64,000 nt of DNA from Oligoflexia bacterium. GTDB taxonomy: Bacteria; Bdellovibrionota; UBA1018. Below are positions 19,742 to 30,266 of this stretch, piece after piece. How positions within the stretch are numbered: position 1 is the stretch's first letter; every line of letters begins with the position of its first letter. Both the position numbers and the translations under genes were made by a program. The stretch lies in the NCBI GenBank assembly GCA_963758495.1, contig CAVWVI010000003.1, positions 1,472,001 through 1,536,000 on the forward strand, in the 5' to 3' direction. The notes below the pieces were generated by a model. The model searched no databases, was not told the DNA's origin, and saw nothing but the letters and a program-made list of their open reading frames with translations.

Positions 19742-20277
19742 TGGATATATCCCCGGTCTTTTTTTATGGGTTTGCTGGACTTGCTCTAGCTTGTTCTATG
19801 CTTGTGATCTTGAAAAAGAATCCTGTTTCGAGTGCATTTAGTTTAGTGATGGTATTCTTCGCATTTGCGGGAATTTATGCAATGCTGGACGCCCATTTGA
19901 TTGCTGCATTACAGATCTTTGTTTATGCAGGTGCGATCATGGTTCTTTTTATTTTCGTGATTATGTTGCTCAATGCTGATGTTCCTTCTTTCGACCTTGG
20001 CAGGTCACATATTTTAGTTCGCCTCTTATCCGGATTCCTGTGTGCGGCATTATTGGGAGTCTTTATTTGGGCTTTTAAAGAGAGTCATATGGGTGCTCCT
20101 ATCGGAGAGTTCACTCCAGAAAATATTGAAGCGGCAGGTGGCAATTCGCAAGTGATCTCCGAGCTGATGTTCTCCGAATATATCTTGCCGTTTGAGCTGA
20201 CGTCGGTACTTTTGTTGGCGGCAATAGTTGGGGCAGTTGCTATTGCCAAGAGAAAACTCTCCAGTGTGAGGTCTTAG
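19741..20277 (+). CDS. nuoJ: NADH-quinone oxidoreductase subunit J
   Basis: QIFVYAGAIMVLF, LPFELTSVLLL. Confidence 0.95.
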   Translation: MDISPVFFYGFAGLALACSMLVILKKNPVSSAFSLVMVFFAFAGIYAMLDAHLIAALQIFVYAGAIMVLFIFVIMLLNADVPSFDLGRSHILVRLLSGFLCAALLGVFIWAFKESHMGAPIGEFTPENIEAAGGNSQVISELMFSEYILPFELTSVLLLAAIVGAVAIAKRKLSSVRS

Positions 20278-20586
20278 ATGATGCAAGTTGAACCGTGGGT
20301 TGTTTTATCCTTTTGTGCTGCTATCTTTTTTATCGGATTTACGGGTGTGCTCATTCGTAGAAATATTCTGGTAATTTTGATGAGTATCGAATTGATGCTG
20401 AACGCAGTGAATCTTACCTTTGTTACTTTTTCTAAGCAATTGCACCACATGGGTGGGCAAATGTCAGTTTTTTTCATTATCACTGTAGCTGCTGCTGAGT
20501 CAGCTGTGGGTCTGGGGTTGGTCATCGCGATGTTTCGAACATTGCGAAGTGTAGACACGGACGAAATTCAGTTATTAAGGGAGTAA
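20278..20586 (+). CDS. nuoK: NADH-quinone oxidoreductase subunit K
   Basis: RRNILVILMSIELMLNA, VAAAESAVG. Confidence 0.96.
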   Translation: MMQVEPWVVLSFCAAIFFIGFTGVLIRRNILVILMSIELMLNAVNLTFVTFSKQLHHMGGQMSVFFIITVAAAESAVGLGLVIAMFRTLRSVDTDEIQLLRE

Positions 20587-20589
20587 CTT

Positions 20590-22596
20590 ATGTTGGCCCT
20601 GATCCCCGTATTTCCGCTTTTGGGTTTTTTGGTGAATGGTCTTTGGTATGCATTTGGGCAAGCCCCTGCTGGCAAGAAAAAGGCAAGCGCCCAGGTGACT
20701 GGATGGATAGCGACAGTATTTATCTTTCTGTCGTTTATTGTATCTTTGATGTTCTTTCTGAAGCTCTTTGGCTTGGAAGGCGAACATCGAGTTTTTGAAG
20801 AAGTGATCTACCCATGGATGACAGTGGGTCCGCTTCATCTGGATATGGCGTTTCGAGTCGATTCTCTTTCAACGCTTTTCACCTTGGTCATTACGGGTGT
20901 CGGGACTTTGATTCATATTTATTCTATCGGATATATGTCTCATGATGAGTCACCTGGAAAATTTTTCGCATATTTAAATCTATTTTGTTTTGCAATGCTG
21001 ATGCTTGTTTTAGGTGCATCCTTGCCTATTTTATTTTTAGGTTGGGAAGGCGTAGGGCTTTGCAGTTACTTGCTGATTGGCTTTTGGTATGCCGATGAAG
21101 AGAAGGCTAAAGCAGGAAAGAAAGCATTCATTGTAAATCGTATTGGAGATTTTGGTTTTTTATTAGGAATGTTCATTATCTTTTCCGTATTTGGGACTCT
21201 AGATTTTGAGGCACTGCGTATCGCGGTGACGCATTTAGGGGAAAATTCTGCTTTAGTGAGTAATGGAGTGATCACCACTATTTGTCTTATGCTCTTTGTT
21301 GGATGTATGGGGAAGTCTGCCCAAATTCCACTCTATGTCTGGTTGCCCGATGCAATGGCGGGGCCCACTCCTGTTTCAGCATTGATCCATGCGGCGACTA
21401 TGGTGACATCTGGAATTTACATGGTTTCAAGACTGAACTTTCTCTACAGTCTTTCACCTACTGCGCTGAGCGTTGTAGCGAGTGTGGGAGCTTTTACCGC
21501 TTTTTTTGCGGCGACAATCGCGTTGGTACAAAAAGATATTAAAAAGGTTTTAGCTTATTCCACAGTTTCGCAACTCGGTTACATGTTTTTGGGATGTGGT
21601 GTAGGTGCCTATTCAGCAGGAGTATTCCACGTGATTACCCATGCCTTCTTCAAAGCACTTCTGTTTTTAGGTGCGGGCAGTGTGATTCATGGAATGAGTG
21701 GAGAACAAGACATTTGGAAAATGGGCGGGTTGAAATCAAAAATGCCGAAGACCTTTCTAACCTTTGCATTAGGATGGTTGGCTATTTGTGGAATTCCTCC
21801 CTTCTCCGGATTTTTTTCCAAAGATGAAATTTTATGGCAAGCCTTTAGTTCACCGCAGGGTTCTACCTTCTTGTGGATTATGGGTATGCTCACGGCTGTT
21901 ATGACAGCATTTTACATGACTCGATTATTTTATCTGACGTTTTTAGGTGCTCCTCGGTTTAAATCCGAAGAAAGCCATGACTCTCATCACAGTCATCAAA
22001 ATCATCACCAGGGTACTGCGAGTGATCATACTAAAGAACACGCCATACATGTGCACGAGTCTCCTTCAGTGATTACCATACCTCTCCAGATTTTAGCTGT
22101 TTGCAGCGCGATTGCTGGTTTTATAGGTATGCCTCATTTGAATTGGCTTGAACATTGGCTAGAGCCGGTAATTCCAGTTCATGAAGGGATGGGCTCTGTG
22201 GTGCCTCCCCATATGGAGTGGGCACTCATGGCCCTGAGTGTGGTGGGTGCGGCTTTTGGTATTGGCGTGGCATTTTTCAGTTATGGTAATTTGAAACAAA
22301 TTCAGGCCAATGCAAAACGGTTTAGTTTATTACATCGGTTATTAGAAAATAAATGGTATGTCGATGAGATTTACGAAGCTCTCCTAGTTCGTCCGATTCA
22401 CAGACTCTCACAGGCACTCTGGAAAGGGTTTGATGTCGCCTTTATTGATCGAATAGTCTTAGGAGTCGGTATGATTTCTGAGCGGACTGGACGAACAGTA
22501 CGCCTCATTCAAACGGGTTCGATTCAAATTTATGCAGTGATGCTTCTTATTGGGCTTGTTGCGACAGCGGGGTATTTAGTTTATGGCTGGACTTGA
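20590..22596 (+). CDS. nuoL: NADH-quinone oxidoreductase subunit L
   Basis: GWEGVG, GKSAQIPL, PDAMAGPTPVSALIHAATMV, HAFFKALLFL, GFFSKD. Confidence 0.97.
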   Translation: MLALIPVFPLLGFLVNGLWYAFGQAPAGKKKASAQVTGWIATVFIFLSFIVSLMFFLKLFGLEGEHRVFEEVIYPWMTVGPLHLDMAFRVDSLSTLFTLVITGVGTLIHIYSIGYMSHDESPGKFFAYLNLFCFAMLMLVLGASLPILFLGWEGVGLCSYLLIGFWYADEEKAKAGKKAFIVNRIGDFGFLLGMFIIFSVFGTLDFEALRIAVTHLGENSALVSNGVITTICLMLFVGCMGKSAQIPLYVWLPDAMAGPTPVSALIHAATMVTSGIYMVSRLNFLYSLSPTALSVVASVGAFTAFFAATIALVQKDIKKVLAYSTVSQLGYMFLGCGVGAYSAGVFHVITHAFFKALLFLGAGSVIHGMSGEQDIWKMGGLKSKMPKTFLTFALGWLAICGIPPFSGFFSKDEILWQAFSSPQGSTFLWIMGMLTAVMTAFYMTRLFYLTFLGAPRFKSEESHDSHHSHQNHHQGTASDHTKEHAIHVHESPSVITIPLQILAVCSAIAGFIGMPHLNWLEHWLEPVIPVHEGMGSVVPPHMEWALMALSVVGAAFGIGVAFFSYGNLKQIQANAKRFSLLHRLLENKWYVDEIYEALLVRPIHRLSQALWKGFDVAFIDRIVLGVGMISERTGRTVRLIQTGSIQIYAVMLLIGLVATAGYLVYGWT

Positions 22597-24160
22597 AAAA
22601 TATTTGCTCACTTTTACAGTTTTTTTACCTCTTCTATGGGCATTTGTAGGCTTTCTTATTTTTCCGAATGAGAAGAAGGGTAAAGCCGCACTCCCCATTT
22701 GGAGTTTATTAGGATCATTGGCTACATTTGTTTTGTCTTTGATGCTTTATTTACAATTTAATTCGGCAGGTCCAGATTTTCAGTTTCTCGAAAAAGTAGA
22801 TTGGCTGCCGGTGCTCGGAATTAGCTACTCGGTAGGGATTGATGGCATTAGTCTTTGGCTAATCCTCTTAACAACCTTTTTGATGCCAGTTGCGATTCTT
22901 TGCTCCTTTCGTGCTGTTGAAAATAGAGTCAAAGAATACTATTTTCTTCTCCTTGCCCTTGAGACCGCAATGTTAGGTGCATTTGTCGCAATTGATATGT
23001 TTCTATTTTATGTTTTTTGGGAAGCAATGCTCATCCCTATGTATTTCCTCATCGGAATTTGGGGTGGAAAAGAACGCATTTATGCTGCAACGAAGTTTTT
23101 TCTTTATACTTTGGTAGGCTCCCTCTTGATGTTAGTGGCGATTTTCTTTCTTGCTTACCAGCATAAAGTGCAAATGGGGACTTATTCCACGGCTCTCTTA
23201 GATCTTTATCAGGTCAAAATAGCAAGCGGTGGATTATGGAGTCCTCAAAATCTCCTGTTTCTCGCATTTGCGTTAGCATTTGCAATCAAAGTCCCTCTCT
23301 TTCCATTGCACACTTGGCTACCTGACGCACACGTGCAAGCTCCTACAGCCGGCAGTGTAATATTAGCAGCTGTATTATTGAAAATGGGTGGATACGGATT
23401 CATGCGTTTTAGCTTCCCTCTTTTTCCCCAAGCAGTAGCGTACTTTCAATATCCATTTATGATTTTAGGCGCGATTGCTATTATTTATGGCGCATGGGTC
23501 GCGATGGTACAGCCGGATATTAAGAAACTCGTGGCCTACTCGTCAGTGAGTCATATGGGGTATGTCATTCTTGGATTATTTTCACTCAATGAAGTCGCTG
23601 TTACGGGATCTGTTTACCAAATGCTCAATCATGGGATCTCTACCGGGGCTCTCTTTCTTTTAGTCGGAATGATTTACGAGAGGCGGCACACAAGAGATAT
23701 CGCTGCGTTTGGGGGTATAACAAAAGTTATGCCTTTGTTTGCTGTGGCGTTTATGATTGTGACCCTTTCCTCTGTGGGACTTCCTGGCACAAATGGATTT
23801 GTGGGAGAATTTTTGATTCTTCTAGGTACATGGAAAGTAAATCCGGCTCTGACCGCTCTTGGTGCTTTGGGTGTCATCTTTGGTGCCGTTTATATGTTGT
23901 GGATGTATCAGCGAGTGATGTTTGGGCCAATTAAGCATTCGGAAAATGAAAAATTAACGGATCTTTCTTTGAGAGAAATGATTGTACTAGCCCCTCTTTT
24001 GTTGGCGATTTTTGTAATGGGGATTTTTCCAAATTTCTTTTTTGAAAAAATGGAACCCTCCATTCAGAGATTTTTGACTCGGAGTTCAATTGGCTTAGTG
24101 ACGCAATCAGAAAAAAGTGTGATTCCAACTGCGGAGATCGCTCTTATTAGAGGAAATTAA
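22583..24160 (+). CDS. nuoM: NADH-quinone oxidoreductase subunit M
   Basis: FWEAMLIP, IKVPLFPLHTWLPDAH, LLKMGGYG, FVGEF. Confidence 0.97.
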   Translation: MAGLEKYLLTFTVFLPLLWAFVGFLIFPNEKKGKAALPIWSLLGSLATFVLSLMLYLQFNSAGPDFQFLEKVDWLPVLGISYSVGIDGISLWLILLTTFLMPVAILCSFRAVENRVKEYYFLLLALETAMLGAFVAIDMFLFYVFWEAMLIPMYFLIGIWGGKERIYAATKFFLYTLVGSLLMLVAIFFLAYQHKVQMGTYSTALLDLYQVKIASGGLWSPQNLLFLAFALAFAIKVPLFPLHTWLPDAHVQAPTAGSVILAAVLLKMGGYGFMRFSFPLFPQAVAYFQYPFMILGAIAIIYGAWVAMVQPDIKKLVAYSSVSHMGYVILGLFSLNEVAVTGSVYQMLNHGISTGALFLLVGMIYERRHTRDIAAFGGITKVMPLFAVAFMIVTLSSVGLPGTNGFVGEFLILLGTWKVNPALTALGALGVIFGAVYMLWMYQRVMFGPIKHSENEKLTDLSLREMIVLAPLLLAIFVMGIFPNFFFEKMEPSIQRFLTRSSIGLVTQSEKSVIPTAEIALIRGN

Positions 24161-24162
24161 AA

Positions 24163-25669
24163 ATGGAATCTTTAAAAATAATTCGCCCTGAATTACTGAG
24201 TTTGAGTCAAAGCCAAATTCATGCTTTAATGCCTTATTTTTGGACTTTTGGCGGTACTTTGGTGGCGGTTTTAGCAAGTGTGTCTCGATTGCTAAAACCA
24301 AAGTGGCCTGTATTTATTATTACAGTTTTAACCTGTATTGCAGGCATTTTCTTCTCGTTGGATCTGGTACCTCAAAGCCCTGTTTCACTGTTTAATGGGA
24401 TGATGATTTCTGATCCTTACTCAAATATCTTCAATATCGTTTTCTTATCCTCGGTTTGTCTCACTTCTTTTTCTTCGTTACGCTATCTCGATAAGGAGAA
24501 GTTACAACATCCAGAATATTATATTTTGATGCTGTTTTCTGCATTGGGTATGATGTTGATGGTTTCCTCACTGGATCTCATTGTGATCTTTATTGCGTTA
24601 GAGCTCATGTCTCTCGCTGTTTATGTATTAGTAGGATTTCGAAGGGCCGACCGGAAATCTAATGAAGCCTCAATGAAGTACTTTATTTTAGGATCGGCAG
24701 CTTCTGCGGTCCTTCTCTATGGGGCAGCCCTTCTTTATGGGTGCAGTGGCTCTACGGGCATCAAGTCTATTTTTTCTGTAATTCAGTCTCATCCTGAAAA
24801 TGTGAGCCCTGTTTTTATTTTAGGAGCAGCGTTAGTGCTTTTTGGATTTTTATTTAAGATTGCAGCGGTGCCTTTTCACATGTGGATGCCTGATGTTTAT
24901 GAGGGTGCTCCTACCCCGATTACAGGATTTATGACGACTGGCTCTCAAAGCCGCTGCGATTGCTACGTTAGTTCGAGTCTTTATCGCTTTAGGGTATGGA
25001 GCGGGTCTTTCGGAGTCGTTCCAGAGTCATATTCATGACGTATTATGGGTATGCGCTATTGCCACACTTGTAGTAGGCAATTTTGTCGCACTGACTCAAA
25101 CCAATTTGAAGAGAATGTTGGCTTTTTCATCCATTGCTCATACAGGGTATCTCTTAATCGGAATTATTTCCGGCTCAAAGAGTGAACTTGGATTTGCGCC
25201 TGTTGTTTTTTATATTATCGTTTATGCCATAATGAATTTAGGTGCTTTCGTCGTGCTCACTCTTTTGGCAGGGCGAGAAGATACTGGACTCAATCTTCAT
25301 GATTTTTCAGGAATTTCACGGAGGCATCCTTGGTTAGCATTTGCGATGGCGGTCCTTTTGCTGTCTATGGCGGGAATTCCACCGACTGCTGGGTTTACCG
25401 CTAAATATATCCTTTTTTACTCAGCTATTCAGGCAAATGAAATTATACTGGTAGTGATTGGCGTGCTTTGTAGTGCTGTTTCAGTATATTATTATCTCAG
25501 GGTCTTGGTTTACATGTACATGCGTGATCCGATTGGTAGTCCAGCAACTCTACGTGTGTCAGTTTGGTCCGGTTTCGCTTTAGCTGCAATGGTTCTATTA
25601 ACTTTCCAGTTCGGTATTTTGCCAGCTTGGATAGTTGACATAGCAAAAAAAGCTGTGACCAGCTTGTAA
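24163..25669 (+). CDS. nuoN: NADH-quinone oxidoreductase subunit N; one frameshift near 24940
   Basis: ALELMSL, FKIAAVPFHMWMPDVYEGAPTP, then shifted frame LKAA...KRMLAFSSIAHTGY, AGIPPTAGFTAK. Confidence 0.93.
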
Positions 25670-25704
25670 AAACAGGGATCCTGCCTCCAGGGAGGGCGGC
25701 CAGG

Positions 25705-28700
25705 ATGGAGCTGAACAAAAAGCAGACCTATAAAATTAAGTTATCATCGGGTCGAATATTAGGTCCTTTGGATCTCGAACGGATTCAGCTTCTTATTTTA
25801 AAGAATCAAATCGTAGGTACAGAGGTTGCCCGAGAATATCCTCAAGGCGATTGGCAAAATATTAATCAAATACCCAAAATCGCTGAATTATTGATTAGCA
25901 AAATTGAAAAAGATTTAGGGCAAAGCATTCTTGATAAGCCAATCGATGCCACTCAAGGATTAAGTTTCCAAACAAAAACTGCAGTGCTACCTGGAGCAAC
26001 CCAAGTCCTTACTACAAATTCATGGGGTTCTTTACCTTCCCTCGAGACGAATAGTCAATTAGATGAGCAAAAAGTCGAAGGTATTGGACCCAATTCAGAA
26101 GAAGATCAGGACAGGACACTCGTGGGGAGTTTAGAGCCTCTGTTGGAAATCATAGCTCAGCCCGAAGATCAGGAGCAAAAAACCCGTATTTCGAGTGAGA
26201 GTGCTGAAGTAGTTTTAGATCATGTAGTTTTGGAAAATAATAGTGACAGGGATGTCTTTAAACAGGCTTTGGGGGGGGCTAATCGTCAAATCTCTCAAGA
26301 AAAGACCATTGTTTTTCAAGGGAAGCCTCGGGGTGTTGACGGTACTGGGGCTAAGAAATCAAAAGTGAGAGAAATGGTGGTGGGGCTGATTCTCGCTCTT
26401 GTTTTAGGTACCTTGGGTTACGATCTTTTATTGCCTGAGCCGGAGAGTTCGCAAATAGTACGGATGGCTCCCATAAGACCCCAGCTTCCTGGTTATATCC
26501 AGGGGCGATCTGATCCGGCCAAAAGTGTTCAAATCTACAATGAGGCAATGAAATTTTATGTGGCAGATACTGTGCAAGGATACAAAATCGCGGCCGATAA
26601 GCTCAGGTTATCAGCATCCTATGATATTAATAATGTGAAGTCGCTTGCCATGCTCGCATCAAGCTATTTGAATCTAATTGATTCTTCCAATAAGGATGAA
26701 AATTATTTCTCAGTTATTTCAAAATTAATTGAAATGTCCAGGGCTAAGGCTATTGATTTGGCGGAAGCTGTAGTTGCAGATGTAGAGTTTTATATCGTTG
26801 TAAACAAACCAGAAGCTGCACAAAATCGACTTGTAGAATACACGAAGTCTCACCAAAATTATGGACCAGAGATGTTCTATTATCTTGCGCTCACATTTTT
26901 TTCCAGGGGTGATGCAGGAAATGGAGCGAAGTATTTAGCGGATATTCCCGATAATAAAGTATATAGCTCAAAAATATTTTATTTGAGAGGAATGATAGCA
27001 GAAAATTTGAATGATTTTGATTCAGCGATGAGAGAATATCAAAAAGCAATTAAGTTCAATCCGAGTCATGTAAAATCTCGGCTTAAATTAGCTAGTTTGA
27101 TGAGTAAAAATGGCAAATTGAGTGATGCCGCTAGCCATCTTGAATTTATTCTCGGGCATCAAAATTTGATCTCTTCAAAGGAGTTGGGATTGGCTTATTA
27201 TCTCTATGCTCAATTTGAAGAGATCGGTAAAAAATGGAATTTAGCATTAGGCGATGTAGAACGCGCAGTTAAACTGGATCCTGATAACCATAATTATCTT
27301 TTGGAATTGTATACCTTGAGAGCAAAAGCGGGAGAATCCATTCAGGCTGCTCAGAAACAGGCACGAATGTATTACTATTTAGGCGAGGGTGAGAAGCTGA
27401 TTCAGCTGGGAAAATTCCAAGATGCGCTTGTCCCTCTTCTTCAAGCACGAGAGTCAAATACTGAATCCCCACTTCCTTTAGTGAAGATAGGGGATATGTT
27501 TAATTATTTGCACAATATAGAAAATGCGAGAGTGAATTATAAACTTGCCGCAGAGCGCGCTCCGAAGGATATTCAGGTTTGGTCTAAATATATAGAAAGT
27601 CTAATTGATACTTTTGAATGGGAAGAAGCCAGTCAGGCAATGGATAAATTTCGAAAACTTCCTGTAAGTCAAAGTTCAATTGATAAGGCAGCCGCCGATA
27701 TGTATCAAAAGCAGGGTTATTTTATCGAAGCCCAGACTTTTTACAAAAAAGCTATGGCTCGTGATTCCATTGATCCAGACGTTTATATTGCCTATGCCAA
27801 GAGTCTCATGTCGATAAAAAACTTTAAAGATGCCCCCTTCTTTTTTGCGCTGGCACTTCGATTCGATCCACTCAATATAGATGCTATCATTAATACAAGC
27901 AAATGTGTCGCAGAGACTGAATCCATTGATAAAGCGATCAGTATGTTGCAAGAGGAGCTTCAGAAAGGGGCGGGCGCTCGCGCAGAGTATTTAGCGGCAA
28001 TTGCGGAATTTCAGATTCAAAGGGGGGATTGGCAACAAGCCCAGCAAAACATAGATCAAGCTATGCAGGTCAATCCTGATTATGCATATACATGGAAACT
28101 CCAAGCTCAGATTTTTATGAATCAGGAACAGACTGACAAAGGGGCTTTGGATAAAGCGCAATTAGCATTCAAGTCCTATTCAGATAGAAATCCATCAGAT
28201 CCGTCGGGCTATTTAGAGCGGTATAAAATTTTTATAAAAAAAGCAGATTTCGAAAAAGCGAAAGAAGAGTTAAATCGAATTTTTGCAATTTATCCAAAAT
28301 ATCCAAATTTGCATTTTTATTTAGGAACCTTATATTCAGTCCAAGGAAATCATAATATTGCAGCGGAAGAGTTTAAAAAAGAATTACAAAATAATTCAAA
28401 TAACTTACAAACGGTTCTCTCTTATGGCAAAGAGCTTTTAGAAATGAATCATCCACAGGATGCGCTGACGCAATTCAGCAAAGCAATGCAGATTCTTCCG
28501 ACTTCATCCGATGCGAAACAAAACGCGGCTTGGGCAAATTATCGGTTAAAAAACTATCAGGCTGCAGTCATGCTTATGAAGACGGCGATTACTCTCGATG
28601 TAGCCAATCCGACGCTTTATAAACGGTTAGGTATTATCTATCGGGATACGGCTGACCTTGGAAACGCTTGCGGAGCGTTTAAAAAATATCTCGAGATGGA

Positions 28701-28743
28701 ACCTGATGCGCCGGATAAGAATGAATATCAATCTTGTTTTTGA
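25705..28743 (+). CDS. Large membrane-anchored TPR-repeat protein with GYF_2-like N-terminal domain
   Basis: N-terminal GRILGPLD...GDW; acidic linker; one TM (MVVGLILALVLGTLGY); many TPR-like repeats (e.g. YYLGEGEKLIQLGKFQDA, YKRLGIIYRD...FKKYLEMEPDAPD). Confidence 0.75.
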   Translation: MELNKKQTYKIKLSSGRILGPLDLERIQLLILKNQIVGTEVAREYPQGDWQNINQIPKIAELLISKIEKDLGQSILDKPIDATQGLSFQTKTAVLPGATQVLTTNSWGSLPSLETNSQLDEQKVEGIGPNSEEDQDRTLVGSLEPLLEIIAQPEDQEQKTRISSESAEVVLDHVVLENNSDRDVFKQALGGANRQISQEKTIVFQGKPRGVDGTGAKKSKVREMVVGLILALVLGTLGYDLLLPEPESSQIVRMAPIRPQLPGYIQGRSDPAKSVQIYNEAMKFYVADTVQGYKIAADKLRLSASYDINNVKSLAMLASSYLNLIDSSNKDENYFSVISKLIEMSRAKAIDLAEAVVADVEFYIVVNKPEAAQNRLVEYTKSHQNYGPEMFYYLALTFFSRGDAGNGAKYLADIPDNKVYSSKIFYLRGMIAENLNDFDSAMREYQKAIKFNPSHVKSRLKLASLMSKNGKLSDAASHLEFILGHQNLISSKELGLAYYLYAQFEEIGKKWNLALGDVERAVKLDPDNHNYLLELYTLRAKAGESIQAAQKQARMYYYLGEGEKLIQLGKFQDALVPLLQARESNTESPLPLVKIGDMFNYLHNIENARVNYKLAAERAPKDIQVWSKYIESLIDTFEWEEASQAMDKFRKLPVSQSSIDKAAADMYQKQGYFIEAQTFYKKAMARDSIDPDVYIAYAKSLMSIKNFKDAPFFFALALRFDPLNIDAIINTSKCVAETESIDKAISMLQEELQKGAGARAEYLAAIAEFQIQRGDWQQAQQNIDQAMQVNPDYAYTWKLQAQIFMNQEQTDKGALDKAQLAFKSYSDRNPSDPSGYLERYKIFIKKADFEKAKEELNRIFAIYPKYPNLHFYLGTLYSVQGNHNIAAEEFKKELQNNSNNLQTVLSYGKELLEMNHPQDALTQFSKAMQILPTSSDAKQNAAWANYRLKNYQAAVMLMKTAITLDVANPTLYKRLGIIYRDTADLGNACGAFKKYLEMEPDAPDKNEYQSCF

Positions 28744-28762
28744 TAGTTTTCAGCAGACCCAA

Positions 28763-29662
28763 TTATTTAGGGAGAATGTGTTTTAGAACTTCACATTCTT
28801 CAGCAGTTTCATCTGGCGTGTTCACTTTAAGAACAAAAAGATGCACTCCTTTAGACTTTTTGAAAGTTTGAATCATATTTTTAATATTTATGGCAGAATC
28901 ATCAGCAAAAAAGATACAGTCGTAGTCGAGTAATTCATGAGGATTTGATTTTTTAAGATAGTCTAAAAAAGCTTGGAATACTCTGCCTTTATTCTGTCCT
29001 GAAACTGATAATACCCCATTTGAAAAACTGAGCATTCCCTTCATATCCTCACAAGATTTTATTCTTAAAAACGTATCATCTTGGTCTGCAAGCTCAAGTT
29101 TGGGAGGGTGACTGGAGTAAAAAAAATATGGATTTTTGTGCGTCAGATTAAAGGTAAATGCCTCGGAAGCTTTAGCGGATTTTAAAGCTGAATTGAGAGC
29201 TTTATAAGTTTCTAATTGATCTTTTTTTAGAATAAAATCCTTGGCCCTATGATTTTTCTTATAATTTTCACATATTTTATAATATTTGTTCATGATTGTA
29301 GGTTGAGGCCATATAGATTCATCAAAAAGGAGAGCAGCCCTGGCGGTTAAACCTAAGGTGGTAAACCTGTGCTTTTCTAATTTTTCCCAGTAAGTGGGGC
29401 TATTTCTTATAGGTATTACGCTTCCCGGTAAAAGAGTAGTGAGGATGGTGTCATCAATATCAAAAATGGCCAGCTTATTTTTACAACTCACTTGATCTAT
29501 CATTTTGATGACGTCGTCTATTTCAATATGAGGTGAATTGACACCGCATTTCAAATTGGTCGCCTTAGATCCAGAACTCCCGGATAGTGCACTTTGGGAA
29601 GTAAATAAAATAAAAATATAAAATAGGATCAAAGAAGATTGAAATAGGCAGTTTCTAGTCAT
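28763..29662 (-). CDS. Secreted HAD-superfamily (DUF2608-like) protein
   Basis: Signal peptide; HAD motif I AIFDIDDT, NKG, motif IV FFADD; visibly AT-rich. Confidence 0.6.
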   Translation of the reverse strand: MTRNCLFQSSLILFYIFILFTSQSALSGSSGSKATNLKCGVNSPHIEIDDVIKMIDQVSCKNKLAIFDIDDTILTTLLPGSVIPIRNSPTYWEKLEKHRFTTLGLTARAALLFDESIWPQPTIMNKYYKICENYKKNHRAKDFILKKDQLETYKALNSALKSAKASEAFTFNLTHKNPYFFYSSHPPKLELADQDDTFLRIKSCEDMKGMLSFSNGVLSVSGQNKGRVFQAFLDYLKKSNPHELLDYDCIFFADDSAINIKNMIQTFKKSKGVHLFVLKVNTPDETAEECEVLKHILPK

Positions 29663-29774
29663 AGTTTATATGATAATGTATAATTTATAAAATCTATATA
29701 AATTCAAATGCTAGAATGAATTTTGCTTGCGGTTGTGCCTGGCGTTAAAAGAGAAAAAGGATTTATTTTTTTTC

Positions 29775-30266
29775 TCAAGGGGTTAGGATTGTACCAATGG
29801 GGTTTTCTAGATCCTTGGGTTCAGTCTGGGGGCTAAATCGCTCTACTACATTTCCATGGCGGTCAATTAGGAACTTAGTAAAGTTCCACTTGATTGCTTG
29901 GGTACCCAGGATTCCCTTTTTCTCATTTTTTAAATACTCGTAAAGAGGATGGGCATCAGCCCCATTTACTTCAATTTTAGAAAACATTGGAAAAGTCACG
30001 TTGTAATTCAGGCTGCAGAAATTTTTAATCTCTTCTTCATTGCCGGGCTCTTGATTTCCGAATTGATCACAAGGGAATCCGAGGACGACTAATCCTTTGT
30101 CTTTGTTTTTTTGGTAAAGCGCTTCAAGTCCTGCATATTGATTTGTAAATCCGCATTTACTGGCCACATTTACAATCAATAAAGCCTTATTTTTATATTC
30201 AGCAAGAGTGGTTGTTTTTCCCTCAATTGTTTTTACTTGGAATGAATATAGTTTTGAGTCGTTCAT
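29775..30266 (-). CDS. Glutathione peroxidase family protein
   Basis: VNVASKCGFT, LGFPCDQFGNQEP, IKWNFTKFLID. Confidence 0.95.
   Translation of the reverse strand: MNDSKLYSFQVKTIEGKTTTLAEYKNKALLIVNVASKCGFTNQYAGLEALYQKNKDKGLVVLGFPCDQFGNQEPGNEEEIKNFCSLNYNVTFPMFSKIEVNGADAHPLYEYLKNEKKGILGTQAIKWNFTKFLIDRHGNVVERFSPQTEPKDLENPIGTILTP

Noticed and set aside
21960..22065. His-rich stretch in NuoL2
   Set aside because: His-rich loops before the HESP motif are common in bacterial NuoL.
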